Source of the DNA: Eledone cirrhosa
Lineage: Eukaryota
DNA: 64,000 nt
Direction: 5' to 3'
Assembly: GCA_964016885.1 (NCBI GenBank)
Contig: OZ024742.1
Location: forward strand, 140,802,001 to 140,866,000
Shown: positions 23,494 through 37,354 of the stretch, one piece after another
Layout: the number at the start of each line of letters is the position of its first letter
How positions within the stretch are numbered: the stretch's first letter is position 1
Notes under the pieces: generated by a model
Told to the model about the DNA's origin: nothing
Seen by the model: the letters and a program-made list of their open reading frames with translations, nothing else
Database searches by the model: none
Position numbers and translations under genes: made by a program

Positions 23494-25804
23494 CACCATT
23501 ACAGTAGCGATAATATGATGATTTCTCAGGGTATCTTTGATTTTATTCCTAGATAAACAAAGTTTAAATTTTACTGTTAGGACTCAGTAACCAGTCTCAG
23601 AGCTCAAAGCTTCAAGAGCTACTTTGCTACTTATCATCGTAAACTTAGTTACTATGACTAAGTAAATGTTTGAAAACACAACTAACTAAAAATAATTTTT
23701 TCTGTTTAATGCAATTCAGTCAGTAATATATCCAATAGCCACAGAAATCCACTCAACTAGTGTTTTACAGTGATTTTTTTGCTAAAAGAGAGGTTTTGCC
23801 TCAAATGGGACAACCCATCTAACCCATGCTATCGTAGAAAATTAAACGATGATGATGATGTATATATATGCTTGCATATACATATATGTATATGCAAATA
23901 TGCAAGCATGGAAAAGCAGACATAAAATGATGATGAGTGTGTGTATGTATGTATATGTGCATATACATATTAGAATGTATCTTATTGTGAATGAAGCACA
24001 TAATAAATATATTTTAATAAAACAATGGTATTGTAATTGCAAAGGTTGCAAGGGTGTCATATATAGTAAATATTGATAAAGAGCTAAATAAGAATAATCA
24101 ATTAGGAGCATTGGAAAACGATCAATACACATAAGTAAATGTATAAAAATAGAGAAAGGAAGAGAAATCCATAAAAGCACATGTAAATACCAAATGATCT
24201 CTATGTAAAAATAGCATCTTATAATAGAATTTGGTCAGTTAATATCTTTATAATGATTTCATACTGAGAAGAGATAGGGCAGAAAGTAAGTAGGAGAGAA
24301 AAGTACAAAAAGAAAAAAAGGATGGATGGCTGTCAGAAAACCTCAATCAGGATAGGAAGGTTGGTTGCAAATGTCAGTATGTTTAACCTTTATGATCCAA
24401 TTAAGTTGAAATTCACATCAAACTATAAACCAAGAGTCTCATATGAATGAATGCCTGACTGACTGAAGTATTCTACTTGATTAAGGATTGGCTAATTAGT
24501 AACCTTGAACTGTTAATTATTTAGCAAGATACATGAAATGGGAATTTAGTCATGATAATTAGTTCACAGAACAAACTATAGTTGTGTCAAGGTAAATGTA
24601 AAAAAAAAATAAATAAATAATAAAATAAATTAAAAGTTTTAATAAAATACAATCAGAAACAAACAAAAAAATATATTTCACAGATAGTATAAAATTCATT
24701 AAAGAAATAAATGGATCTAGAAGTTTCAGAAAATAATTGCTAATCCTATTAACACTGGCTCATAAAGCTATAGATAATTAAGAAGGTGGTTACAGTAAAA
24801 TAAAAAAAGTATGTACATGCAATCAGGTGAGAATTAACAATAACATATATGTTAACTTTTGTTTTGTACACAAAACACATTTCAATATTACTATATACGC
24901 AGAACATTGATGAAACAAGTCAAGTCAAAAATGAAAATATAATATATAAGTTATAAGTTACTTACTTTTTACACTAAGCATAGCAAAATGTATTTTAGTG
25001 ATAATTGGAAAAATAAATTTTCCGCCAGAATTGAATGCATGGTTTTCATGACAAAAAGCTGAACTGGCTTTAGTATATATGCAGTAAAACACCAAGTCAA
25101 CGCAGAGAGGGGGATAGAGGGAGGGAGAAAGAGAATGTGTGAGATAGTGGATCTAGGTGGATTATATTAGAAATATGACTAAAGAGAAATTAGGCTGATG
25201 AAAGCTATATAAATCCTGTTTGTTCCCCACTTTCAAAATCATTAAACTTACCTCCAACTTTCACACCAAAACTTACTATTGACTGTCTTAAACTGTACTG
25301 GTTGGTTTCTTCTCAAATCAAAATAGGCAATTCATTTCGACTGAATGACAGTGAATTATATATATATATGCATATGTGCACACACACATAGCATCATCAT
25401 TATATATTTATATATATGAATATATATAACACACACACATATATGCACATGCACACACACACACACACATACATATACATATATATATACATATATATAT
25501 ATGTGTGTGTACTGCTTACATTAGTAAAACAATGGTTACCTTGAAAAAAGTTTCTTCAATCTATATCAGACATGCTTTTCCATTAAAAGTGTTTCATGTC
25601 AATATGATATAAAGATCAATAAAGAATTTCTATACTCAGCCCACCCACCCATTTCTACGCTTTTAACAACTCTTGTTGTCAATTTTTTTTGTATTAATGA
25701 AGCTGATATATAAGACAACACCGTAGGTTATATATATTAAAAATAAAAGACTTAGCAAACTATTCTAAGTGTAGTTATATAAAATAAATAGAAGGGAACA
25801 AGTA

Positions 25805-26110
25805 TCTTCTCTTTTACTCTTTTACAGGTTTTGGTCATTAGACTACAGCCATGCTGGGGCACCACCTTGAAGGATTTAGTTGATCTTATCAACTCCAGTA
25901 ATTAATGTTTTCAAACAAATAAAGACAGACATGAACACAACACATATACACATCTAACGAACTTTCACACAGTATTTGTATAACAAACTTTACTCAATGG
26001 TCAACCCAAAGCTATGGTAGAAGATTCATGCCTGGGGTGTCATCTAGTGTAACTGAACCTGCAACCACGTAGTTACAAAGTGAATTCCTTAACCATAAAG
26101 CCATGCCTAC
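25805..26110 (-). mobile_element. SINE, family A, near full length
   Basis: CTCTTTTACAGGTTTTGGTCATTAGACTACAGCCATGCTGGGGCACCACCTTGAAGG, an internal (CA/TA) tract, GCTATGGTAGAAGA, then a tRNA-like head ending CTTAACCATAAAGCCATGCC. Confidence 0.7.
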
Positions 26111-28434
26111 ATCTAAGGAAAAACAATAGAAAACATTAATAAACAATGATGATGGTTCCATCATTGGTTTCAATAATGAGCATTCCTTTATTTGAACAAC
26201 TGAACACTAAACTTGTGAATTAATGTTTAAGTGGTTGAGTATTCCACAGACATGAGTATCCTTAGCATAATTCCTAAACCAAATCTGCATGACACAATAT
26301 GTGACCAAGCTGAACTTTTGAATTGCAGGTACAATTCATCTGACAGGCTTATGGTAAAAGACACTTGCTTAAGATGCCACAATGTGGGATTGAATGTGAG
26401 ACCTCATGATTGTGAAGTTAAATTCTTACCCACACAGTTAAGCCTATTTCCAATAAATAATATACTGTGTATACTTGTATCTATGTTGCATGCTGCCTTT
26501 CATAAATACTGTTTTTAACTTTGTTGGTGGTTGTGTTTAAATAAATATATATTAAAATATATATTAAATAAATATATATTTAGCTGAAATAATCCCAGTC
26601 ATTGCCAATGCAGTGTAGAAGAGTCTCAGAACCATGAACATCATAGCAATGCATTTGTATGATTTATTCAAACCTGGAACCAACAGATTAACCAGTATTT
26701 ATTAAATCCCCACTCCTATGCAGCATCTAAGGGAAATTTTGATTACATCTGCCTGATAAGGAACCAATTTTTTATTTTGCACATTTTTGTTTTCATATGA
26801 CATATCATCATCACCATAATCATTTATTCATGTCTATTTTCCATGCTTGCAAGGGTTAGCTGGGTTGTCATGTTCTGAGACAAGTCAGGTCTGGAGATCA
26901 TGTCATGCTCATATGGATCCGTATTTTGGCTTGGTTTCTACAGCTGGATACTCTTCCTAATGCCAATGACATTACAGTGTATCATCAATGTATATTTGTT
27001 TACAATACTGATATTCAGAAAGATTGATATTGTGCAGATCTGGTTTAGAATAGGTACACCATATCCTTGTATGTCAAAAGGGGTGACACCAGGAATGGAA
27101 TCCATCTGTAAAACATTGCCTCAAAAATTACCCAATGATGAGTATTAAACTTGCTATGGGATTCTTGCTATGGGAAAATACCTTTAAAACACTTGATATT
27201 GTGTTGTTGTTCTGATTAGTGAGAACAAGCTCTACATAATCATTTGTATGTATATGTGCTTGTGTGTGTGTGTGTGCATGTCTGTATATGTGTGCTGCAA
27301 CAAATTTCAAGCTCAGAGCAAGGTTTAGTAAATAAGACCCATCAGGTTTTCTGCATCCTATTTTTTTTTTTGTGATATGTCTACAGATATTTACAGTATC
27401 TTCCTTCCCAGGTAATACCACGTATTTATAACCATAGTTATAAATTCTTGAAAATGTGATTCAGCAAACAATTTAGTCACTGAAGATCATGAACTTAGAC
27501 TTCATAAAATTACCAATATTACATAGGTTTGTGTGAGAAACTGAGTGAAATACTGAAACATTTGTAGAATTGTGTAAATGAATACAGATTTATGCTCATA
27601 CACCTCTGATTTTGACACTAGACATGACATTAAAATTCATTCAGAGTAGAATCCTGACTACACATATATATCCTGACCACAGCTTATATTTTGCTTCTGC
27701 AGTTGGATCATGTTTGAAGTCTTGCTTTAGTGTGTGTTTGTTTCTGATGTAAAATGCTCAGTGATTCAATGAATTAGGAGACTATGTTTAGTTTGAACCA
27801 ATCAGGTAATGTTTTAGGAATAATTTTAGAATCCAGGTAGTTAAATTTGAGGGAGAACCACACTATTTTTAGATTGAAAGTTTTATAAATAATCATGGTG
27901 TCCAACAGCAAAGTGGTGATATTTTTTAAGGATTCACTGGAACTGATGTAGTTGGAGCACAAAATAGGTACAAGATATGCATCGAAAATGAAGGGACTTT
28001 AACCTCAGAATCTGACCCTGGTGATGATGTATCACTCACAAATTTGAAACTAATTTTAAAAAAAAATTTTTTCCTCACATTTTATGACATTAAATTGTTT
28101 ATTTGAATTAATAAACTATAAATATAATGAATTCCTTGCAGTATCCTTGAGAAAATTCAGTTTGGAACATTTCCTATCAAGATTAGTGAGTTAGAGTCAA
28201 TGGTCCTTAGGGCAGTAAATAGGGTCTCCAGGGAGAAAAGAGGCTCTGTGTGCATAAGAACTGGATATTTTGAATATATCTAAACGAACACACTGTGGAT
28301 AAAAGGATAATTATCTAAAAATGGACATTCACCATTACTCCACATATCCCTTGGAATAATACATGATACATTGTGCACTCAAATTTGGTGAGAATTGAAA
28401 ATCATTTGTATAAACTGTTAATTTTCTTAATAGC

Positions 28435-28770
28435 TTTATCTTCTCTTCTACTTCTTTTTCACCCACTTATTCATGGGAGGGTCATGGGGGCAAGACCTCA
28501 AGCATGCCTACCAGCGAGTCCTGTCAGAAGCAACCATCTCCAATTGATCCAGCTGGATCCCCGGGTGAGACCAGCTGAGATCATGAATGTTATTCAACCA
28601 TCTTGCTCAGGGTCTGCCTTTGTGTCTCCTGTCAGTTGGTTTTGCTCATAAAATCTGTCCAGCAATTCTTTCCTGAGATATTCAGAGCATATGTCCATAG
28701 AAACAGAGCTGTAATCTCTCAATTTGGAGAAGTAGTGGCTCTACCTGGAGTGATTCTGATTTCTGAGCTT
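28435..28770 (-). mobile_element. Expander/RTE-1-like 3' fragment
   Basis: Reverse complement aligns with 12870-13195 (CACCCACTTATTC, GTGAGACCAGCTGAG, CTCCTGTCAGTTGGTTTTG). Confidence 0.75.
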
Positions 28771-30750
28771 TATGTATGTATATGTATATATATATATCAA
28801 CATCATCATCATTTTTTACATCTGGTATATATATTATGGGCCCCTGCACAGTTTCCATTTACCAAATTTCACTCACAAGGCTATAGTAGAAAGACTCTTC
28901 CCCATGGTGCCCCCAAACCCTAAACCATATAGTTCTGTAGTAAACTTCTTAACTACACAGACATGCCTGTATATGATATATCATTTTTGCCACAAGTATG
29001 GCAGAAAATGGTTAACATAAAAAAATGTAACCAACGTTTGTAAGTTAATGTATTCAGAGGATAGAAAAGGTGCAGCTTCATTAGATGATGATAATGACAT
29101 TTTAAAGATAAATGCTTATATAACTCAAGTTACTGTAGATGCCATAGCAAATAAGTCAGATAAAACTCAAATTTGGAAGGAGGATACTTATGTTTATGTC
29201 ATGATAAAACACTGTAACTGTTCCTTTATGAAAAGAATAACTGGTGGTAGGAACAGCATTAGTTAATGTATAACATATATAAATATATAATATAAAATCA
29301 ATGCACTATACAACATAAAATCCCAAATTGAACACTAGGCTTCAGATGTTGCATGCTAACACTGGATAAAAGAAGTGTTTTTTTTTGTGTTTATCTATCT
29401 CTAATCAACAAGCTCCATTCTATCATTAACACAATGATACTTGACTTGTTTGGATCAGATTGAATTGGACACCAAAAATACAAATACAGCAGAAATATAT
29501 TACATCAAGATGTTAAGGATAAGTGAACGCTTTATGCAAAAAATAGATTATTGAAGAGTACAGCAAGAATAATAAATATGCTAGATAAAACTTTTCTGGC
29601 TGATAATAGTGCTAGAATCTGGCATATTGGCTTAGTTGTTGTTTGTAATACATGATATTAGAGAACATGTTAGGAAGAATGTTCTATCACACATAGCAAT
29701 GGCATTAATGGTATCTGGAACTGTGAGGAGATGTTTATCATGCTTATGTTGATGAGATTAGCATTATTTTCTCTCATACAAAATTTTGGTAAAATGATAT
29801 GCTCTTATATATGATTTTTGTTAGACTAAAAAGTAGGGATGAATCAATAAAGACATTTAGAAAATGTTGAAGAGTAAATAAAGTGACATTATCTATTAGA
29901 TCTCACAAGTATTTTAAGGCCATTTTCCCTGCTAGAGTTGGGGCTAGTTTTGTGAGTCCTCATGGTGTCATTTTTGAAGCAATGTTTAATAGTTAGATGC
30001 CCTTCCTGGAGATGATTCTTTTAGTCACCTACAACATAAGAGGGTGAGGTATACCTAATCTAAACCAAATACACATGACAAGTACCTATTAGATAATTGA
30101 GTGTAATTTAAATTAGAGGGGTTCATTAAGATGGTTCATATATTTATTTATTATATTGTTGAGATTACTCTTCATTGTTACTCTGAGTTCTATGAGGATT
30201 TGCTAATCATGCAACTAAATGTGATTTTACAAAGCACAATATATATGGCAAATATTATGAGTAGTCACTGTCCATGACAAGACAATTTGTAGTATACACA
30301 TAACAGATAAAAACTAACTAATGTGGTAACTGAAAAACTAATACTAAAATCATTGAAAATATTTAAAGACAAACACTAGAGTCAACCTAAAGAACAGAAA
30401 TTCTAAAGGTTATTAATTAAAAATGTAACCTATTTCTCTCATTTATTTTATTGATGATGGAGCTGCCATTGGTTTTGATGATGAGCAGACAGCTGTTCAA
30501 TCAACTAATTGTCCTACTCATTAAATTAGTGCCTAAGCGTATTTGATAAACACATGTACACTTAACATAATTTTCAGGAAGAATCTATGTAACACAATGT
30601 GACAAGTTTGGATCTTTGAATTACATGTACAATCTATCTGACAGGCTTCCACGGAGTTTCCATCTACCCAACTTTACTCACTAACTAAGAGTGTTACATC
30701 AGGTGAAAAAATATAAAAATACAAGAAATACAATAATATAAAAATATAAT

Positions 30751-30932
30751 AATTGTGTTTACTTTTGGCACAGGGCCAGCAATTACCCAGTGCATTACTG
30801 ATGCTTTATTTTATCGACCCGGCAAGGATGAAACGAAAAGTTAACCTTGGCGGACTTGAACTTAGATTGTAAAGGACTGTAACTCTATGCTATAAAGCAT
30901 GGCGTCTGGCCCTCTATCAATACTGCCAATCC
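30751..30932 (-). mobile_element. tRNA-derived SINE, family B
   Basis: TTTATTTTATCGACCC...AAGGATGAAA...TTGAACTTAG...TACTGCCAATCC; possible 9-bp TSD AAATATAAT at 30742 and 30933. Confidence 0.8.
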
Positions 30933-31481
30933 AAATATAATCATATCCCCAAAAGATAATAGCCATATCGGAAATTCCCAAACTCTGATGCCCTCAACAC
31001 AAAGTGTCTTCACTCTGCTACTATTTACAAAAGAAACTTAAGAGACAAGCTATCCAACCATACTAAACTTTCTAACTTCTGGCCCTCCTATAGAAACTAC
31101 AATTATCTTTGCCCCTCAGAGTTTGTTGAACTTATGATACCTCTACTTTGGTACTCCTGACTCATTTATTTCACCTCCTTTCATTACCTATGTTGTGTCC
31201 CACATCCTCATGCTCAGGCCTTCCCACACGACCATCTGAAACTCTCTATCTCAGCTCATGTTTCTCAAAGCAGCGGAACTGCAATGATTTAAACAAAACA
31301 TCAACGGCATTGAACTCTCTGATCACAGAGGGTATGAGAAGGCTATGGGCAATGCCCCTTCTTTCAGACCTATCAAGTAAAAATGCAAAAAATGGTAAAT
31401 TTGCTTTCACCATTCTTAAAATTCACTTGAGACTAGTACTCACTATAGCTTTTGGCTTCAAGTGAGACTGAAAAAGATAAT

Positions 31482-31668
31482 TGTTTCTACTTTAGGCACA
31501 AGGCCAGCAATTATCCAGTGCATTACTGGTACTTTATTTTATCGACCCCGTAAGGATGAAAGGCAAAGTCAACCTCGGCGGGATTTGAACTCAGATCGTA
31601 AAGGGACGTAACTATGCTGGAAAGCATGGCGTCCGACCCTCTACCGATACTGCCAATCCACCATCCAT
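31482..31668 (-). mobile_element. SINE, family B, young copy with a 15-bp TSD
   Basis: Box B-like GAGTTCAAATCCC on the minus strand, CpGs retained; ACTGAAAAAGATAAT at 31467-31481 and 31669-31683. Confidence 0.9.
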
Positions 31669-33044
31669 ACTGAAAAAGATAATGTAGGCTTTATTTGAAA
31701 TGAAAAGACCTGACTTTAAATGTTTTAGAAAAGTTTATGCCTCATCTACCCCACTACCTTTTCAAAAATAACCATCAGGCACAAACACTGCCTAGACTTC
31801 CTTGTTAAAAGGAAGGCAGAGGAATAATATAGTGGGAACCTTAATCCTTCGAATGACACATCTGTTTGAAAGGCAGTTAATTAATGAGCATGTATATAAC
31901 AATTATGTCAGTCATACAGCATCTTACAAGACATGCTTTGTTCTTTATGCAGTTGTAATTGAAAGGTTTTCCATGAACTAGTAGTGTCCTTCAGTAGCAC
32001 TGCCAAGTCGAGGATTTCTGAAAGTTATCTATAATGCTCAATCTCAAAAATAGTGTTTTCTAACTTTGTCACAGGGATTTACATTTGTGCTGTCAATTTC
32101 ATTGATCCAGTATTTAATTGGCACTTTAACACCTACAGAGTCAAAGTGGGAGCCTCTATGTGGCTTTTCAATATGCTAGATATAGCAACCAAATACCTTC
32201 AAATTACATTTTACCATTTTGAAAAGGGAAGGATACATTGTATAATGTAGTCCTTTGTATACAAAAGATGAGGGTGGTCACAGTTGGGATGCCTTTGATA
32301 ATGTGTGTGCTCAATTAGGGTTACTCTGAGGCTAATAAAAAGAAATAATACCTTTAGAAGGATAAAAAAAAAGTTAATTTTCACAGTACAAAACAATTGT
32401 TTTTTTTATATATGAAATGCAAAATATAAAATAAATTGTATTTGCTATTTGTACTTATTCCACTTGCAAGTATAGAAATACTAAAATTTGCTACAAATGT
32501 ATTTAATGGAAAGAAAAGAATGAGCAGTTATAGCTAAATATCACAATATTGCTTTATGCAATCATGAAAATTAATATGAAAACAGACAATAGGCTTTTTA
32601 TTTGTAAAAACAATAAGCTTATGATGATTATAATTATTTTTAAAACTATTACAGCCATTATTATTACTGATCATTGGAAATGTCATAGTTCTTCACCTTA
32701 ATATCAACTGTAAAAGTAACTAGTAGTCCTACCCCAATGATCACAACTGTATTCACCTATAGAATATAGAAATAATGAAAATAGCTATTATTCCCCATAT
32801 CATCATCATTTTATGTCTAACTTCCATGCTGGTATAGGTTGGACAAATTATCACAGTTCAAGAGGAGACAGGTCAGAGACCTCATCTTGCACATATGTTC
32901 CATATTTGGTATGGTTTCTATGGTTGGATGCCTTTCCTAACACCAATAACCCTACATGGTGTACTGGGTGCATTTTATCAAGGTACTATCCAATATTGTC
33001 TCTATCTCTTATTATTACTACTAGAATGTAATTTATTTCTTCTG

Positions 33045-33710
33045 AGGAAGGCCCTTGATAGTCTGTAGTCTGGTGATTGCTAAGAAAACTATGTGTAGAT
33101 GTATGTCCTGTGGGAGCTGTACATTTTATGTACAGGGTTGCTGTTAGCAATGAGTCCAGCAAGGAATTTATCATACAGGTAAGCATCAATCAGGGTTCAG
33201 TTCTCAGTCTTCCTGTATTTATTATTGTTTTTGAGGCCATAACAGAGAAGTTTAAGACCGGCTCTCCATGGGAAATTCTGTATACACATGATCTGGTTCC
33301 TATTGATGAAACTGTTGAAGAATTGGAGAGGCAATTCCAAACACGGAAGGAAAATATAGAATTGAGAAGCATTAAAGTAATCCTAGCAAAGATGAATGTC
33401 TTAGCAGGAAAGAAGACAGTATTCTATTACTACAAAGAGGTGGGCATGCTCAATATGCAAAAAAAAAAAAAAAAAGCTGATAATGGTGTTTTTTGTGTGT
33501 GCTAAGTCATGATTACTTTGCAAAATGATGAGCAGTACAAAATCTTAAAAGCATTTGTGGGTGTCTCAAGTAATGTATGAATTAAACTTCATCTTATTTA
33601 TGAAACATAATGGAAATATGGTTATTATTTGGAATGGTTATCTGTGTATATAAAACAGCTGTAGTTTGTGAGGTGAAAAAAAGTTCAGAGAGTTTTCTGC
33701 TTTTGATAAA
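33045..33710 (+). mobile_element. Old, highly diverged RTE RT fragment with a PHD remnant
   Basis: LRKLCVD...INQGSVLSL...FKTGSPWEILYTHDL, then after a frameshift RWACSICKK. Confidence 0.8.
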
Positions 33711-34076
33711 TAGTTTGGTTGCCATTATGTCATAACTGAATTGAGAAATATAGAAATAAATAACTTCAGAGCATTAAGACAAATATCTGAGAGAATTTTT
33801 TTCCTGCTGCTGCTACTATTGCCACCACTACCATCACCACTGCTGCTGCTGTAGACATCACTACCACCACCATTGCTGATGCCAATTTTTGTTATTCAAT
33901 TTATCAAATTTTGACGAAAGATCTAATTTCTTATAACTTAAAAACACGGATTTGCTAAGTGATGCAGACAGTAGCTTTTAAGATCTTTGATATTGTAGTA
34001 ATGATAAGCTTAAATAAACTACAGCTTTTCCTTTGGCAATAGGAAATGCTAAAGAAGGCACGTTTTAAAAACTCTA

Positions 34077-34077
<1 letters not shown>

Positions 34078-34122
<45 letters not shown>
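34078..34122. repeat. (TG)n microsatellite
   Basis: Directly visible. Confidence 0.95.
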
Positions 34123-34124
<2 letters not shown>

Positions 34125-35101
34125 ACAAACATGTGCATGTATAACAAATAAATAAATAGGTATTTATATATGTATGTATACACATATACATAAACACATG
34201 TACAAATATATAAAACAGATAGGTAGATGCATGCAAAAATGTATCTAACCTTTTCATTGCAATCTTTCTAATGAATGACAATGCCATATGATTTGAGTAA
34301 GCAAGAATTATTAATTCAGTGTTTGAAGCATAATTTAATCAAGATTCTTTCATAGAATTATGATGGAATGTTTTTAGATAAAATCCTTGTTAGCAGAGGA
34401 AATGGATATTAAATAATGATGATGATGATAAACACTTTAAAACAAAGTTGTGAACCTGGGGTGTTTTCAGATGGTTTGATATCAAAAGGGCTGAATACAA
34501 TGTATCATACACGTTACTACATTTAGAACAGAATGCAACATATTTTATCAACTGTTGAACAAAGTTGATAACCTTCTTTAATATTATGGTACATTCAATA
34601 AACGTTAAATATACAGGGGAAGGGTATTTCTATACTTATCTAAGGCAAACACCTGGAAATTATGCCAGAAACTAGATCCAGAGTTCCGTCATAAACAGAT
34701 AACCAAAATAGGCAATAAGGAGCAAAGGGTCAAAGCTTGCAATCATCAAATCAAGATAGAATGTTTCAAGTTATAACTTTGTATTCCAAATTTACATTAA
34801 TAATCTCTTTCAAAGCATCACTTCTAAATGAAAGCTGCCTCTTGATGATTTGTACAGGATGAAGGTAACCATGGCCACAATGATTGTAACATCTTTTAAA
34901 GCTTTCTCACTCTCTAACTCAGTGGTTTCCAAGCTATAGGGTGTCATAACACCCTAGGGTGTCTACCAAAGCTCAGTCTTCAACTCTCATAAAATACACT
35001 CTAAAATATTTCAGAGTTGCATGTCCCTAGAGAATACCTCGATGTTAGTCACAACCCAAAAATTTCTAAAAGATATTTTAAATGCCTGAAATTTGAAGAC
35101 G

Positions 35102-35314
35102 TATTGTATATAATCGAATATAAGTCAATGAATGTGACCAAAAAAAATCGATGGTAAAACTGAGGTGGGGGGCAATTTATATACGCCATCTAAACAATGT
35201 GTTGATTAGCTGTTTCTGCTTATAAATGGGGTTTGGATTTTTGCCCATTTCTCAGACATAACATAGGGGATTCAGCTTATATTTGGATCAGCTTATATTC
35301 GAGTATATATGGTA
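35102..35314. mobile_element. MITE, internal-deletion derivative of the 10535-11392 element
   Basis: TIRs TATTGTATATAATCGAATATAAG and CTTATATTCGAGTATATATGGTA; the two halves match the two ends of the longer copy in reverse orientation. Confidence 0.8.
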
Positions 35315-35634
35315 AGTTTCAGTCAATCAATATCTAATTAAAAAAACACAAAAAACAACAACAAATAAACAAAGAGCATTAGGAATATCAAGTAAAAATG
35401 ATAAGGAAATAAATATTTGGCTGCATCAGAGACACCAAAACAACTAATAACATAAAAATAGGCTGTCTATGAAACAAATGATATACTGGCTATGGTTTGA
35501 GGCATATAGAAGTTTCTGAGGTGTATGTGGTATGTAAATAAGATATGGGCAGTTAATGAAAATATGTACAAGTATTATATTGGATTTTAATTTATAGACA
35601 AGACGACAATTTCTTTTGAGTGTGGGGTGGGGGT

Positions 35635-35795
35635 GTCATTAAATCAACCTCAATGCTTGATTGGTACTTTTATTAACCTCACAAGAATGAAAGGCAAATT
35701 TGATCATGGTGACATTTGAACACAGAATGTAAAGTCCTGGCACCAATACTGCAAAACATTTTGTCCAATGCTCTAACAATTCTGCTAATCCATTG
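35635..35795 (-). mobile_element. Decayed SINE, family B
   Basis: GGTACTTTTATTAACCTCACAAGAATGAAAGGCAAA...TTTGAACACAG...TCTGCTAATCC. Confidence 0.65.
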
Positions 35796-37013
35796 CCCAA
35801 ATAATAATAAAAATGGCAAATGAACTCTAGATAAAAATCCTATGAGTAATTGACAGAAAGATACATTCGATGACACTGAATAGATAAAATATAACATATT
35901 TCTATTATAAAAAAAAATAGACATATCACTGTTGCTGCTGTTAAGAATGATGGTGACAGCTCGTAAATCTAAATATGGGTTAGATAAGGGAATTCTCGTA
36001 AAGGTATCTTATCACCGAGACATATTACAAAAAATTTTGGGTTGAAGAGGTCAGCTAATGAAAATTTGGGATGAAATGGTAAATCAGATGTTAGATAGAT
36101 GGGCTTTACAATTGTAACTTTAATTGCGATCATATTTATTTATTGACGTATATAAATACTTATAATTCCAATGATGTGTTATATTATCTTTGGTGTGTTT
36201 TTCCTTTCTGGCACACATTCATTTTCACTTCACAGTTAAGATGATTCTGAGTTGGTGATATATATGACATTCAAGCTTTGTTGTCATATAAAAATAGATA
36301 TAAAGTTGCTCTAAGGATGATGGTGGTGATAACTCTAAAATCTTACAACATAATTAAAAAACATAATAATTGGAATAAGATTATTTACTTTATTGATATG
36401 CAGATTTCCTTAAAAGAATGTATAGATGTAAAAGGGAATTTCAAATTACATGGAGACTATATTTAATAAAAATATTAATGAATGAAAAAAAAAATTTAAA
36501 ATATAAATTTGTAACAGTTGATTTTTTAAATTTTTTTAATTAACAATATTATGCTTATTGGAACATCTTTTGTACAGGTGGAAACCTATTATTCACCCAA
36601 TAATTTCATTCTCCTCACCTCAAGCAGATAAATTTTATTTAAATATCAGAGTACATTATGAAATAGATTTTAACTGAGTTAAGCAACAGACTTATGGATA
36701 AATAATTCAATAAATGTAACAAAATGAAACAGTTAATCAGATTATTTAACTTGAATCATATAACAATAATAATAAAGATAAAAGATATATATTAAAACAA
36801 ACCATGAAATCTAAAAGATTAGAAAATTTACACAACTATAATCAGTCTGATCTGGTATATTTCAATGAAAATGAAATAAGTCCTAAATCCTAAATTTGAA
36901 ATTATAATATGCATCATTATTAAAATCCTTTAACGCTGATTTTCAATAACACTAATTTTCAATTAATTTTGAAAATAATGAAGAATTTTGAGGGATTTAG
37001 TATAACAACTTAT

Positions 37014-37342
37014 TTTTAAGCTGGTGTTTGAAACATAACTCAACATTAAGCAAAATTAAGGTTAAGAGCAGTAAGAGGATTTCATTGTTGTTACACCTCA
37101 TCTATAAAGTAATATTGTCTTCCATACCTCAGCATCTGGACAGAAGTGTAATGGCAGTAAAATGCATGCCTTCACTGTTCTTACGCTGATGCCTAAATAG
37201 CTGTGACATGTTCACAGCTTAAGATACAAGAAGTAAGACTAAATGTGTGTTTATCATACATTTTAAGCTGGTGTTTGAAACATAACTCAATATTAAGTAA
37301 AATTAAGGTTAAGAGCAGTAAGAGGATTTCATTGTTGTTACA
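37014..37342 (+). repeat. 82-bp direct duplication (37014-37095 and 37261-37342)
   Basis: TTTTAAGCTGGTG...TTGTTGTTACA occurs twice with 2 substitutions. Confidence 0.9.
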
Positions 37343-37354
37343 GCTTAAAATACG

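Noticed and set aside
24960-25110. Minus-strand GTAAGT donor with an open frame upstream
   Set aside because: No clear acceptor or recognisable protein; insufficient evidence.
31560-31665. tRNA gene suggested by box A/B-like motifs
   Set aside because: No cloverleaf; it is a SINE head with a TSD and many dispersed copies.
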